Shown here: piece after piece, positions 39,230 to 49,900 of the stretch
Numbering within the stretch: position 1 is the stretch's first letter
Layout of the letters: each line of letters begins with the position of its first letter
DNA from: Winogradskyella sp.
Lineage (GTDB): Bacteria > Bacteroidota > Bacteroidia > Flavobacteriales > Flavobacteriaceae
NCBI RefSeq assembly: GCF_003712105.1
Contig: NZ_RHLG01000006.1
Coordinates: forward strand, 19,240 to 83,239
DNA: 64,000 bases
Reading direction: 5' to 3'
Notes under the pieces: model-generated
Database searches by the model: none
What the model was told of the DNA's origin: nothing
Seen by the model: the letters and a program-made list of their open reading frames with translations, nothing else
Program-made: the position numbers and the translations under genes

Positions 39230-40384
39230 TTATTTGCTTATTACTTTAATGGTTTGTTTTACATTTTCTGCTATTTCCCTAGCTTTATTAATATCCTTAT
39301 CTACGATAGTAACATGGCCCATTTTTCGGAATGGACGTGTTTGTTTTTTGCCATAAATATGTGGCGTAACACCATCCATAGCCATGATGTCTTCTATATT
39401 TTTATACAGCACATCTCCAGTATGGTTTTCTGCACCAACTAAATTAACCATAACACCAGAAACTTTACTATCGGTATTCCCTAGAGGTAAGTCTAGTATT
39501 GCTCTAAGATGTTGTTCAAACTGGCACGTGTAACTTCCTTCAATGCTATAATGACCAGAATTATGTGGTCTAGGAGCGACCTCATTAACTAATATCTCAT
39601 CATCTTGAGTTAAAAACATTTCAACTGCTAATAATCCAACATGTTGGAAAGCCTCTGCAACTTTAAGTGCAACTGCTTCCGCTTTATCTGTTATCTTTTG
39701 TGGTAAACGTGCTGGGCAAAGTACATATTCTACTTGATTTGCTTCAGGATGAAACTCCATTTCAACAGTTGGATATGTCTTTATTTCTCCAGAAACACTT
39801 CTAGCTACAATAACTGCTAATTCATTTTTAAAAGGAATCAATTCCTCAGCAATGCACTCTACATTAGGAAGTTGTTTTAAATCTGAAAACTCACGAACAA
39901 CCTTTACACCTTGCCCATCATAACCAAAACGAGCACTTTTCCATACAAATGGGATATGTAAGCCACCATTATCAATAGCATCTTTAATCTCAGAGCTGTA
40001 AGCAAATCTCGAGAATGGTGCTGTTGGGATATTATGATCCGTGTAAAATAGTTTTTGAGTTGCTTTATTCTGAATTGTTCTTAATGTCTTCGATGCTGGA
40101 TATACTGTTTTACCTTCGTTTTCAAGCTGTTCGAGAGCATCGACATTTACATTTTCAATTTCGAAAGTTAAAACATCAACACTTCTACCAAATTCTATAA
40201 CGGTATCGTAATCCAAAATATCACCTTGCACAAACTCATTACATGCTAGTCTTGAAGGCGCATCAGCACTCGAATCTATAACCTTGGTGCCTATATCGTA
40301 CTTTCGAGCAACATAAAGCATCATTTTGCCAAGCTGACCACCACCTAAAATTCCGAGTTTAAAATCTGAAGAGAAATAGCTCAT
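39230..40384 (-). CDS. purK: N5-CAIR synthetase (ATP-grasp)
   Basis: LGGGQLGKM, GYDGQG, NEVAPRPHNSGH, RKMGHVT. Confidence 0.96.
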   Translation of the reverse strand: MSYFSSDFKLGILGGGQLGKMMLYVARKYDIGTKVIDSSADAPSRLACNEFVQGDILDYDTVIEFGRSVDVLTFEIENVNVDALEQLENEGKTVYPASKTLRTIQNKATQKLFYTDHNIPTAPFSRFAYSSEIKDAIDNGGLHIPFVWKSARFGYDGQGVKVVREFSDLKQLPNVECIAEELIPFKNELAVIVARSVSGEIKTYPTVEMEFHPEANQVEYVLCPARLPQKITDKAEAVALKVAEAFQHVGLLAVEMFLTQDDEILVNEVAPRPHNSGHYSIEGSYTCQFEQHLRAILDLPLGNTDSKVSGVMVNLVGAENHTGDVLYKNIEDIMAMDGVTPHIYGKKQTRPFRKMGHVTIVDKDINKAREIAENVKQTIKVISK

Positions 40385-40436
40385 ATTTATTTTCCACGAA
40401 AGTGGAAATCATTAATGTTAAACCTATTTTGATGAA

Positions 40437-40444
40437 CAAAAATA
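40437..40444 (-). promoter_or_regulatory. -7 box TATTTTTG upstream of purK
   Basis: CAAAAATA on the + strand. Confidence 0.4.
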
Positions 40445-40508
40445 CACTAATTATGGAAGAATAATCTAAAATTAGAAACCAAAAATCGGCTAACCTTAAT
40501 CATTTGAT

Positions 40509-40516
40509 TATCTTTG
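40509..40516 (+). promoter_or_regulatory. -7 box TATCTTTG upstream of hpt-adk
   Basis: TAnnTTTG, 26 nt before the GTG start. Confidence 0.5.
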
Positions 40517-40541
40517 GGCTTTTAAAATTTAACACAGAAAA

Positions 40542-41648
40542 GTGAAGCTTCAAGATTTACACTTTAAGCCATTTATTTCAGAGGAAAAAATTCTGGATAC
40601 TGTTCAGCAAATGGTGGATACTATTGCAGCAGATTTAAAAGACGAGATGCCGATATTTGTGGGTATACTCAATGGGTCTTTTATGTTTGTTAGTGATTTT
40701 GTAAAAAAGTACCCGCATCCTTGCGAAGTCACTTTTATAAAATTGGCATCTTATGATGGCGTTAAGTCTACTGAAGACATTCAACGTCTTATAGGTCTTA
40801 CACAGGATTTAACAGGCAGAACAGTTGTGATACTCGAAGATATTATCGATTCGGGTAATACACTTGCAGAGGTGCATAGAATATTTAAAAATGAAAATGT
40901 AAAGCAATTACTTATTGCTACATTGTTTTACAAGCCAGATGCTTATAAAAAAGACTTTAAGCTTCATTATGTAGGTATGGAGATTCCTAATAAATTCATT
41001 GTAGGCTATGGATTAGATTACAATGGTTTAGGAAGAGATATACCTTCTGTCTACCAATTAAAAACTACACAGCACATGACGAATATTGTATTATTTGGAC
41101 CTCCAGGTTCAGGAAAAGGTACACAAGCAAATCTTTTAAAAAATAAATACAATTTAGTACACATATCTACAGGAGATGTGTTTAGATACAATATAAAAAA
41201 CGAAACAGCTTTAGGAACACTAGCAAAATCTTATATAGATAAAGGCGAGCTAGTTCCTGATGAGGTTACCATTGATATGCTTAATGCTGAGGTTGAAAAA
41301 AATGCCGATGCTAAAGGATTTATTTTTGATGGTTTCCCAAGAACGAATGCTCAAGCTGAGGCTTTAGATGTTTTGATGAGCACAAAAGATTCTCAGATAA
41401 ATACTATGATTGAGCTTGAAGTGGAAGATGAAATTTTAGTTGAACGTTTAGTAGAGCGAGGAAAAACGAGTGGAAGACCAGATGATGCTGATGAAGGTGT
41501 AATCAGAAATCGCTTAAAAGTTTATTATGCCGAAACTGCTGTTGTTGCAGATTATTACGCAGCTCAAACTAAGCATATTGTAGTAAATGGAGAAGGTGAG
41601 ATTCAGGAGATAACTGAGCGATTAGGTAAAGTTATCGATACACTTTAG
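40542..41648 (+). CDS. hpt-adk: Hypoxanthine phosphoribosyltransferase - adenylate kinase fusion
   Basis: N-terminal half ILEDIIDSGNT and VGYGLDY; C-terminal half from Met at 41076 has GPPGSGKGT, HISTGD, DGFPRT; no stop between the halves. Confidence 0.9.
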   Translation: MKLQDLHFKPFISEEKILDTVQQMVDTIAADLKDEMPIFVGILNGSFMFVSDFVKKYPHPCEVTFIKLASYDGVKSTEDIQRLIGLTQDLTGRTVVILEDIIDSGNTLAEVHRIFKNENVKQLLIATLFYKPDAYKKDFKLHYVGMEIPNKFIVGYGLDYNGLGRDIPSVYQLKTTQHMTNIVLFGPPGSGKGTQANLLKNKYNLVHISTGDVFRYNIKNETALGTLAKSYIDKGELVPDEVTIDMLNAEVEKNADAKGFIFDGFPRTNAQAEALDVLMSTKDSQINTMIELEVEDEILVERLVERGKTSGRPDDADEGVIRNRLKVYYAETAVVADYYAAQTKHIVVNGEGEIQEITERLGKVIDTL

Positions 41649-41652
41649 AGTA

Positions 41653-41727
41653 GTCATTCCTGCGACAGTAGGAACCTAAATTAGTAATAACTTCAAATTA
41701 TGAGATTCCTGCCTTCGCAGGAATGAC
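41653..41727. repeat. Inverted doublet of GTCA-TTCCTGC-GAAG-GCAGGAA-TC REP-like hairpins
   Basis: 41653-41676 and the reverse complement of 41704-41727 match at 20/24 nt; 27-nt AT-rich spacer. Confidence 0.85.
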
Positions 41728-41732
41728 AACAC

Positions 41733-42731
41733 ATGACTGAAGGAAATTTTGTTGATTATGTAAAAATGCATGTAGCCTCTGGTAACGGAGGTAAAGGTTC
41801 TGCGCATTTACATCGCGAAAAATATATTGCAAAAGGTGGTCCTGATGGTGGTGACGGTGGTCGTGGTGGTCATGTTATTATTCGAGGTAATCCAAACCTG
41901 TGGACTTTACTTCACCTTAAATTTAAGAGACATATAAAAGCGGGTCACGGAGCTCATGGTAGCTCAGGCAGAAGCACTGGAGCTGATGGAGAAGACGCGG
42001 TAATTGAAGTGCCGTTAGGAACCGTTGTAAGAGATACTGAAACCAATGCTATTCTTTTTGAAATTACAGAAGAAGAACAAGAAAAAATTGTAGCCGAAGG
42101 TGGAAAAGGCGGTCGTGGCAATTGGCATTTCAAAAGTTCTACAAATCAAACTCCTCGATATGCACAACCGGGTATTCCATTAGAAGAAAAAAATATAACT
42201 TTAGAGTTAAAAGTTTTAGCAGATGTTGGTTTGGTAGGTTTTCCTAATGCTGGTAAGTCTACACTACTTTCTGTTATGACATCTGCAAAACCTAAGATTG
42301 CAGATTATGAGTTTACAACACTAAAGCCAAATTTAGGTATTGTAAAGTATCGGGACTTTCAGTCGTTTGTAATGGCAGATATCCCTGGGATTATTGAAGG
42401 TGCTGCCGAAGGTAAAGGGCTTGGCTATTATTTTTTAAGGCATATTGAACGCAACTCTATTTTATTATTTTTAGTACCAGCTGATGCCGATGACATAGCA
42501 AAACAATACGAAATATTGTTAGATGAGCTAAGACGATACAATCCCGAAATGTTAGATAAAGAACGCTTTTTATTAGTATCAAAGTCAGACCTATTAGACG
42601 ATGAATTAAAAGCTGAACTAAAAGCAGAACTTGATGAAAGTTTAAAGGTAGACTATATGTTTATGTCTTCGGCTGCACATCAAGGCATTCAAGAATTAAA
42701 AGATAAACTCTGGAAAATTTTAAATGACTAA
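41733..42731 (+). CDS. obgE: GTPase ObgE/CgtA
   Basis: [31 protein letters not shown]. Confidence 0.97.
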   Translation: MTEGNFVDYVKMHVASGNGGKGSAHLHREKYIAKGGPDGGDGGRGGHVIIRGNPNLWTLLHLKFKRHIKAGHGAHGSSGRSTGADGEDAVIEVPLGTVVRDTETNAILFEITEEEQEKIVAEGGKGGRGNWHFKSSTNQTPRYAQPGIPLEEKNITLELKVLADVGLVGFPNAGKSTLLSVMTSAKPKIADYEFTTLKPNLGIVKYRDFQSFVMADIPGIIEGAAEGKGLGYYFLRHIERNSILLFLVPADADDIAKQYEILLDELRRYNPEMLDKERFLLVSKSDLLDDELKAELKAELDESLKVDYMFMSSAAHQGIQELKDKLWKILND

Positions 42732-42871
42732 AGTCTTTTGAGAGTATTTTTAAAGACTATTGCTTAAGAGATTATTGGCAGACGTACCAGAGAATTAGAC
42801 CATTACAATCCCTATTTTCAAGTTAAAGTTTTAGATTCAGTTTCAAATTTTAGTATCTTTAAAAGAAAAAG

Positions 42872-43387
42872 ATGAAACGCTCTGGATTACTTATATTGCT
42901 GATGTTACTGACTTCTTGCGGTGCATATGTCAACTACGACTTTGAGAAAAATACTGATTTTTCAGAATATAAAACCTACAATTACTTTACAGACATGAAT
43001 ACAGGTTTTAGTCAGTTAGATAACAAACGAATCATGGCAGCAATTGATAATAAACTTAAATCTTTGGGTTTTGAAAAATCTGAAAATCCAAGTTTTAATA
43101 TAGATATTCAATCAGCTGAGGTAACAAACACTTCAAATAGTAATGTTGGTGTTGGTATTGGAGGTACAGGAAGAAATGTTGGTGGTGGCGTTTCTATTGG
43201 AATTCCTGTTGGCGCTTCAAGAACCACAAGAGAAATCAGCTTTGAGTTTGTTGATGACTCTAAGAGTGGTGTTTTTTGGCAAGCAATTACTAAAATTTCT
43301 TACATAGGCAATACTCCTGAGAAACGTGAAGCTAATTTTGCCAAACTCATAGAAAAAGTTTTTAGCAAATATCCACCACAGAAATAA
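42872..43387 (+). CDS. DUF4136-like lipoprotein
   Basis: LLTSC lipobox, DFSEYKTY, Gly-rich GVGIGG...GVSIGIP segment. Confidence 0.75.
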   Translation: MKRSGLLILLMLLTSCGAYVNYDFEKNTDFSEYKTYNYFTDMNTGFSQLDNKRIMAAIDNKLKSLGFEKSENPSFNIDIQSAEVTNTSNSNVGVGIGGTGRNVGGGVSIGIPVGASRTTREISFEFVDDSKSGVFWQAITKISYIGNTPEKREANFAKLIEKVFSKYPPQK

Positions 43388-43420
43388 AAAAGAGGCTTTT
43401 TAAAAGCCTCTTTTTTATTT
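43382..43420. terminator. Bidirectional terminator between convergent genes
   Basis: 19-bp perfect inverted repeat aaataaaaaagaggctttt-t-aaaagcctcttttttattt. Confidence 0.85.
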
Positions 43421-43435
43421 GAGAATTATTTTGAA

Positions 43436-43807
43436 TTATTTAAGTAATGCGCTGTATTTGTCTTTATAGCCATATAGTACAGCAATATTAAGTATTAATA
43501 ATACAGCAGCTCCGCCAATACCACCTGGGTCTAAAACTGCATGAAATAATACAGCGTTTACAGAAATACTCATTAGTATTAATGTAAGTAAAGCACCATA
43601 TTTATTCAAAATTAGAGCTAATCCTGCTACTATTTCAACTACTCCGACTAAAACTAAGGTTTTAGAATTAGCAAGTGCGCCAAAATAAGCTCCAGCGTCA
43701 GGATTTAGTTCTGGCATAGGTAAAAAATTTGCAAATTTATTTACTCCAAATACTAGAATAAATACTCCAAGCAAGATTCTTAGAACCATAAATACTTTTG
43801 AATTCAT
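43436..43807 (-). CDS. DoxX-family membrane protein
   Basis: LRILLG..ILVFGVNKF, EIVAGLALIL, four TM helices. Confidence 0.75.
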   Translation of the reverse strand: MNSKVFMVLRILLGVFILVFGVNKFANFLPMPELNPDAGAYFGALANSKTLVLVGVVEIVAGLALILNKYGALLTLILMSISVNAVLFHAVLDPGGIGGAAVLLILNIAVLYGYKDKYSALLK

Positions 43808-43907
43808 AATGTAAAATTTTATTAGTTAGTAATCTGTAAGTTACAAAATATTTTTTTCGACCTTACTCACATGTGGTCGGAATACACTTACTAAACTAAC
43901 ACAGTCT

Positions 43908-46900
43908 TTAATTTACATTTACTCTTATCCCTTCAGAATGGCTACTAAATTCTGGCGCGTACATAGACTGTATTGTAGTAATTCCATTGCTCATGTCCCC
44001 TGCATTATTTACCCTAAGGTCATATTCAAAAATATAAATCCCTTTAGGTAAATAGTCTATAAAAAAGTTTGTTGCAGCATCCTTAGTGCTTTCGTAATAG
44101 CCTAAGCCATCTTGCCATTTGTATTGAGACAATACGTTTACAGGTTCAAATCCTGCTGCTCGCATATCTTTAAGATGGAGGAATTCCATATCACGATCAC
44201 TACGAAGCTCAATACGAACTCTCACCAAATCACCAACTTTAAGTTGCGTATCGGTATTTATTTCTGCTAGTTCTTCACCACGGTCAGTGTTCGTTTTTTT
44301 GAATAATTTTTTCTGCAATTGCAAAGGTGTTTTAGCAGAAGTGATCTTATCTAGACCTTCAAAGTACTGCCAATATAATACACCCCAAGCAATACCTTCA
44401 CCTTTTTTGGTCAATGTCACTTGAGCTTGTTCCTGAGATATTTCGTTAGCATTCCAGCTGGTTTTATAATAACCTGTGCCAGCTTCAATGTTTACATTAT
44501 CAAGTTTTGAAGGTGAAATAGACTTACCTCCAACTTTAACATCAACAGCATCTGTAATACTCAACCATTCACTACCCTGAAGTAATAATGCATAAACAGC
44601 TTCGGCTGTAGCTTTTGTAGTTTCCCATTTATTGGTTTGCTTATTTTTCAACAACCATATTTTTAAGTTATCAACGGTTTCTATATTATTCTCAATTTCA
44701 GAAAACGCTTCTATTAAAAGTGATTGAGTTTCAATAGGCGCTTGATGCCAATAATAAGATGCAGTATTAGCTTTCCAATACATGCCTAATTCTTCGGAGG
44801 TAATACTCGTTTCTTTTAGAGACCTTAATATTTTGCTAGCCACTGTATGTTCTTCAGCTCGATGCATTGTTAACGCCATCAATCCTTTTGCATATAACGA
44901 GCGACTTAACCAATAGTCTTCGATTTGACCTTTATAATAATCCATAATTCGACCAACTTCTTTTGAAGCTTTAATTTCTGGATAGAAACTACGCACATAC
45001 ATATAATGTAGTTGTGTGTAAGACAAATGGTCTTTACTTAAATCAACTTTTGGATTGTAGCGTTTTAAATCTTTATATTCTTTTACAAATTGCTTGTCTA
45101 AATATCGAATAGCTTTTTCAATCATCTGAGACTCTTCGACTGCGCTCAGAGAGACATTTAATTGTTTCAAATGTCCAAACCCACCAACGATATGTTGGGT
45201 TATATATCTATTATCACGTCCACCATTAAACCATGGCCATGCGCCAGATGAATGTTGATTGTTTTTTAACTTACCAATAGAAGCTTGTAACTCGCTATTC
45301 ATCTTATTTAAATCGAATAACAATGCTATGCGTTTTTTCTGTTCGGTTTCAGATTGTGCATCACGTAACCAAGGTGTTTCTTGAATTAATAATGATTTTA
45401 ATTCTTCGTTTTTTTCTAAGTTTGAAAGCAACGCGTCTGTCGACTTCCATTGGTTAAAAACTGCTTCAATTTTTGGACTAGACTTAGTAATATGTTGTGC
45501 TAATGCATTAGCATAATAACGACTGAATGTTTGCTCATTACACTGGTATGGATATTCCATTAAATATGGTAATGCTTGTACGGCATACCATGCCGGATTA
45601 GAAGTAATCTCTAAAGTAAGCTTATGATGTTTTAAAGTTGAATTTGGGTCGCTGATCGAAGTCGAAGCGAGCTTATCTAATGTAAATGTCTTCGTTTGAT
45701 TACTGCGTACCCACATTGGTAAGGTTTCAGTAACTAACATTCGGTTAGATAATACAGGTAATACATTTTGCTCACCATCGCTAAAATCTTCAGATTGTGC
45801 AATGACTTTATATTGCACGGCTTGGATATTATCTGGAATTTTAAGTGTCCAATTGACTTGTGTATTTCCTTTTGCATCTACAGAAAAATCTTGGACACTG
45901 AGCGTAGTCGAAGTGTTGTCGTTTCGACCTCGCTCAACGACCAATAATTCTTCGGATATCTCTTTTCCAGTTATGGCATCTTCTAATACTAGCTGCGCTT
46001 TTCCGGTTAAGGCTTTATCACTAAGATTTGCAATTTTTGTACTTATAGATATGGCATCACCTTCACGGAGAAAACGTGGTGCATTTGGGATTACCATCAA
46101 TTCTTTTTGTGTTACTGCTTCATATTCTGAAACAGTACTTTCTAGAGATTTGGTATGTGCAAGCAATTGCAATTTCCATTTGGTTAATGCTTCGGGAGCT
46201 TTAAAATTAAAGCTCACATTACCATTTGCATCTGTTTGTAACTGAGGAAAGAAAAAGGCCGTTTCTTGAAGATTTTTACGGATTTGAATAAGTGTGTTTG
46301 CCTTAGACTTGCCAGGACTATTTTCACCCTTGGAAATTTTTAATCCAGGAACTTGCCCTGAAAATGATTCTGTAACATTAGCATTTATATTAAATTCAGA
46401 TTCTTCAGGATCAGCTAAAGCTGCTAACTCATTGCTTGGAGCGGATGATCTTGATTTTTTATCAATACCAGAACCAATTATTACCACTTCATCTAGGGAT
46501 TCGTCTTCTTCAGCTAACGAATATGCTAATTGATCATATCTGCGAATGTTATCTCCAAAGTATAACCCAAACCAATTTAGCCTATCAAAAGTCTGCCCAT
46601 TATAACGCGGTATATTTTCAAAATTATTATGGCGTCTAAAATTAATTACGCCAAAACTATTCCTGTTATTTTTATAATGCTTCGAGCTATAGTTAGGTTT
46701 GTAAATTGGATTAAATGACCAGTTGTGCGGTTTAAACTCATTTAAAGAGGCATCGTACATACTTGCCAGAAGCTCAGCGGTTACTTTATCACCTTTAGGG
46801 CCTTTAACTTTAAATGACCAAGTCTCATCTTGTCCAGGTTGTAATTTATCTCTAAACGTGCTGGTTTCGATTTCTAAATCTGTTTTAGGATATGGCACTC

Positions 46901-49900
46901 TTATAGTAATACTGCTAGAAGTTAAACTGTTATAAGCAGCCAAACTATAATGTATTACAAACCCACCAATATCATCAGGATATATAGGTACTTGTATTGT
47001 GTGTTTTGAATCTGAAATTTGATGTATTTGGGTTTCAATAATCTCACCTTTTTTCTCTATCTCTATGGTAAGCTTTGCATCTTCCATGGCACTGCCAAAT
47101 GTTAGTAATGCAGTTTCGTTTATAGCATATTGTTGTTTATCTAAGCTAATTTTAAACAATGAATTGTCTGCAACAGTTTTGTCTTTATCACTGTATAAAT
47201 ATGTGTAAGCTTGGTCTTTAACCTTTTGTCCAAACTTATCTGTGGTTTCAAGCTCAATAATATAGTTGCCCGACGCCCATTTTTTGGTGCGTTTTAATAA
47301 GACAGACTTTGAAGTTTCAGTATCAAAACCTGTTTCATAAACAACATCACTTTTATCCCAATTTCTGTAATTACTTTCGTCATCATAAGCTTCATGAGGA
47401 AACATTTTTTTGAATTCCTCTTTTGATAATAGCTTATAATCTGGTGCTTTCCATGGTCGTGGTCTTAAAACCGTATTTGGCGCGATAAGCTTATAGATTT
47501 TAAGTTTTCCTTTTGCAGGTACAAACTCACCATTAAGGTTAGTTGTGTTAATCTGAAGTTCTGTTTCTTTCTGAGATTTATCAATACGCTGAGGTATATT
47601 TAGTGTAGCCGTCAGTGTGTGATAACCTACGCTCACTAGAGTAGTGACGCTTCTTGTTTCTCCATTAATATCGGTAACGTCTGCTGTAACTTCATAATTA
47701 AATACCGGTAAATCATCTTTAGATACACTTTTGTCTGGTAAGGCTTTAAAATTGATTTCAAAATTACCAGAAGCATCCGTTTTAGTTTCGCCAAATGCAA
47801 TTTCTTGAGGTTCGATATTAAAACTTGGTCTTCTGTAAAAATACCACCTTGGTAATTGTACTTGTCGTTTTACGCGATATACAACCTTAGCATCTGTAAT
47901 ATTACTTCCAGCAAAGGCAATAGCATTTCCTTTAACTGTTATGCTGTCATTAACCTTATACGATTCTGTAACAGGAAGAAATTGAGCCTCAAATTTTGGA
48001 CGTTTGTACTCTTCAACGGAGATGTATTCGTAAGCTCTATCTATGATGTTAGAGTAGCTTTGTATACTAAACTGACCTGTTAAACCGGTATTAGGCAATA
48101 TAAATTCACCATGAAAAGAACCATATTCATTAGTAGTGAAACTAAGTTCGGCAACTTTCTCACCATTCACATTATGCAATGCAGCAGTAATTGATGTATT
48201 AGCTACAATAGATGTATTTTTATTTACAGTCTTTGTAACTATACCTTTAAAGTACACCGTTTGGCCAGGTCTATAAATACTTCGGTCTGTAAATACAAAG
48301 GTCTTGTATTGCGTACTTGTGTTTTCTCTGTTGTTGTATTCACGATTGATGTAAGATCGACCAAAAATTCCCGTATCATTTCCAGATGTAATAATGGCAT
48401 AAACATCATGGTAATTTTCCTTTACTTTTTTAAAGTAGAACTTGCCATAATTATCTGTTGTATACGATGAACTAAATGTCTTTTCTCTGTTCCTGTAGGT
48501 TTTGTATTTTAACTTCACATCAGCATTAACAACCGGATGGCCGTTATTTCTATTAATAACTTGGTAGGTTACTTGTTTGTCTTCTTGAGTTTCTAATAGC
48601 GCTAAATCAGTTACTTGAATAGTTGTTGCATAAAATACATCTGTATTAGTTTTTGCCACAATGATATATAGACCATTATCAAGTGCTGGTAGTACAACTT
48701 CAATACTATGTGCTTGATAATCGCCTTCATTTTTTAATTGACTTTTAAAAGATGTGTTGGGTTTTAATCGCTTTATGAACTTCTCCTTTTCTTTAGTGTT
48801 ATATAGCTCTCCGAATTTGTCTCTTTGTGAAGCATTTATTTTATAGATGTCAAAATCTAAAGCATCTAAGTTTTTGTAATTCACTAAAATAAGTGCAGGA
48901 TTATTTACTGGTAAATAGCTTTCTGTACGTAAACTTAAGCTAGGTTTTTCTATTCTTCCTTTTAGATTTTTGCATTTAGCAGCGGCATCACTTTTTGGGT
49001 ATTTAGAAATCACAGACTCGCATAGTTCTAATGCATCTTTATTTAGCCATCGATAAGTTAAAGTAGTCTCATCTTGAGTTCTATATTTTAAGGCTTTAAC
49101 CGCTTTTATGTTTGCTATTTCGTAACTGTATAGTGCTGAATTCTCATTTTTGCCTATGGTTTCTAATTCTTTTCTGTAGGTCTCGGTTAACTCATCTAAA
49201 ACACCATCAAAAGTTGCATGTTGCTTCACAAAATCTAGCCTTGATATATTAGCAGAAATAAATGGCTTTGAACTTTTATCTTTTTGATGAAAACGCAGTA
49301 AGTTTTGATATACTTTAAGTGCCTTAAGTTGTAAATTAACGGAATCTTTGGATGCAAGTTTTAGGCTTATAAATCTATCGTTAGGAGCAATTAAATCTGG
49401 ATTGTCAATACTAAATTTATAAGCGGGTTGGATTATAGAGTTTTCGCTAGTCTTATAAAACTCTAAAGCATTGTAGCTTAAAAAATCAAAAAGCGTTGGC
49501 CTATAGTCTTTAGATTTTTTTTGAGTAATTAAAAGCGCATCATAATTTTCTAAAGGCTCTTGCTGTAAAAGAAGTCCATTTTGTAGTGACCTCTCATAAT
49601 ATGTGTGTATTTCAAAGAAAAGAGTTTCTAAATCCCAAGTTCTAAAATCATCAGATACGTTGACTTGTGGTTTTGAACGATCGTAAAATTTATAACGGTT
49701 TTGATTATAATATTGCCAATATAGATTCGCTAATAAATTTTCAAGAAGGCGTTTTGTTACCAATTCGCTGGTATCTATCTCAGCTTTAAAGTTTGAAACT
49801 ATTTTTAATTGTGAATCTTCTTCTAATGTTTGAAGGTATTTGCTCTGGTGGATGAGGCATTTTACCTTTTGAATAGTATTGTTGTCTTTTCTGGCCTTGG

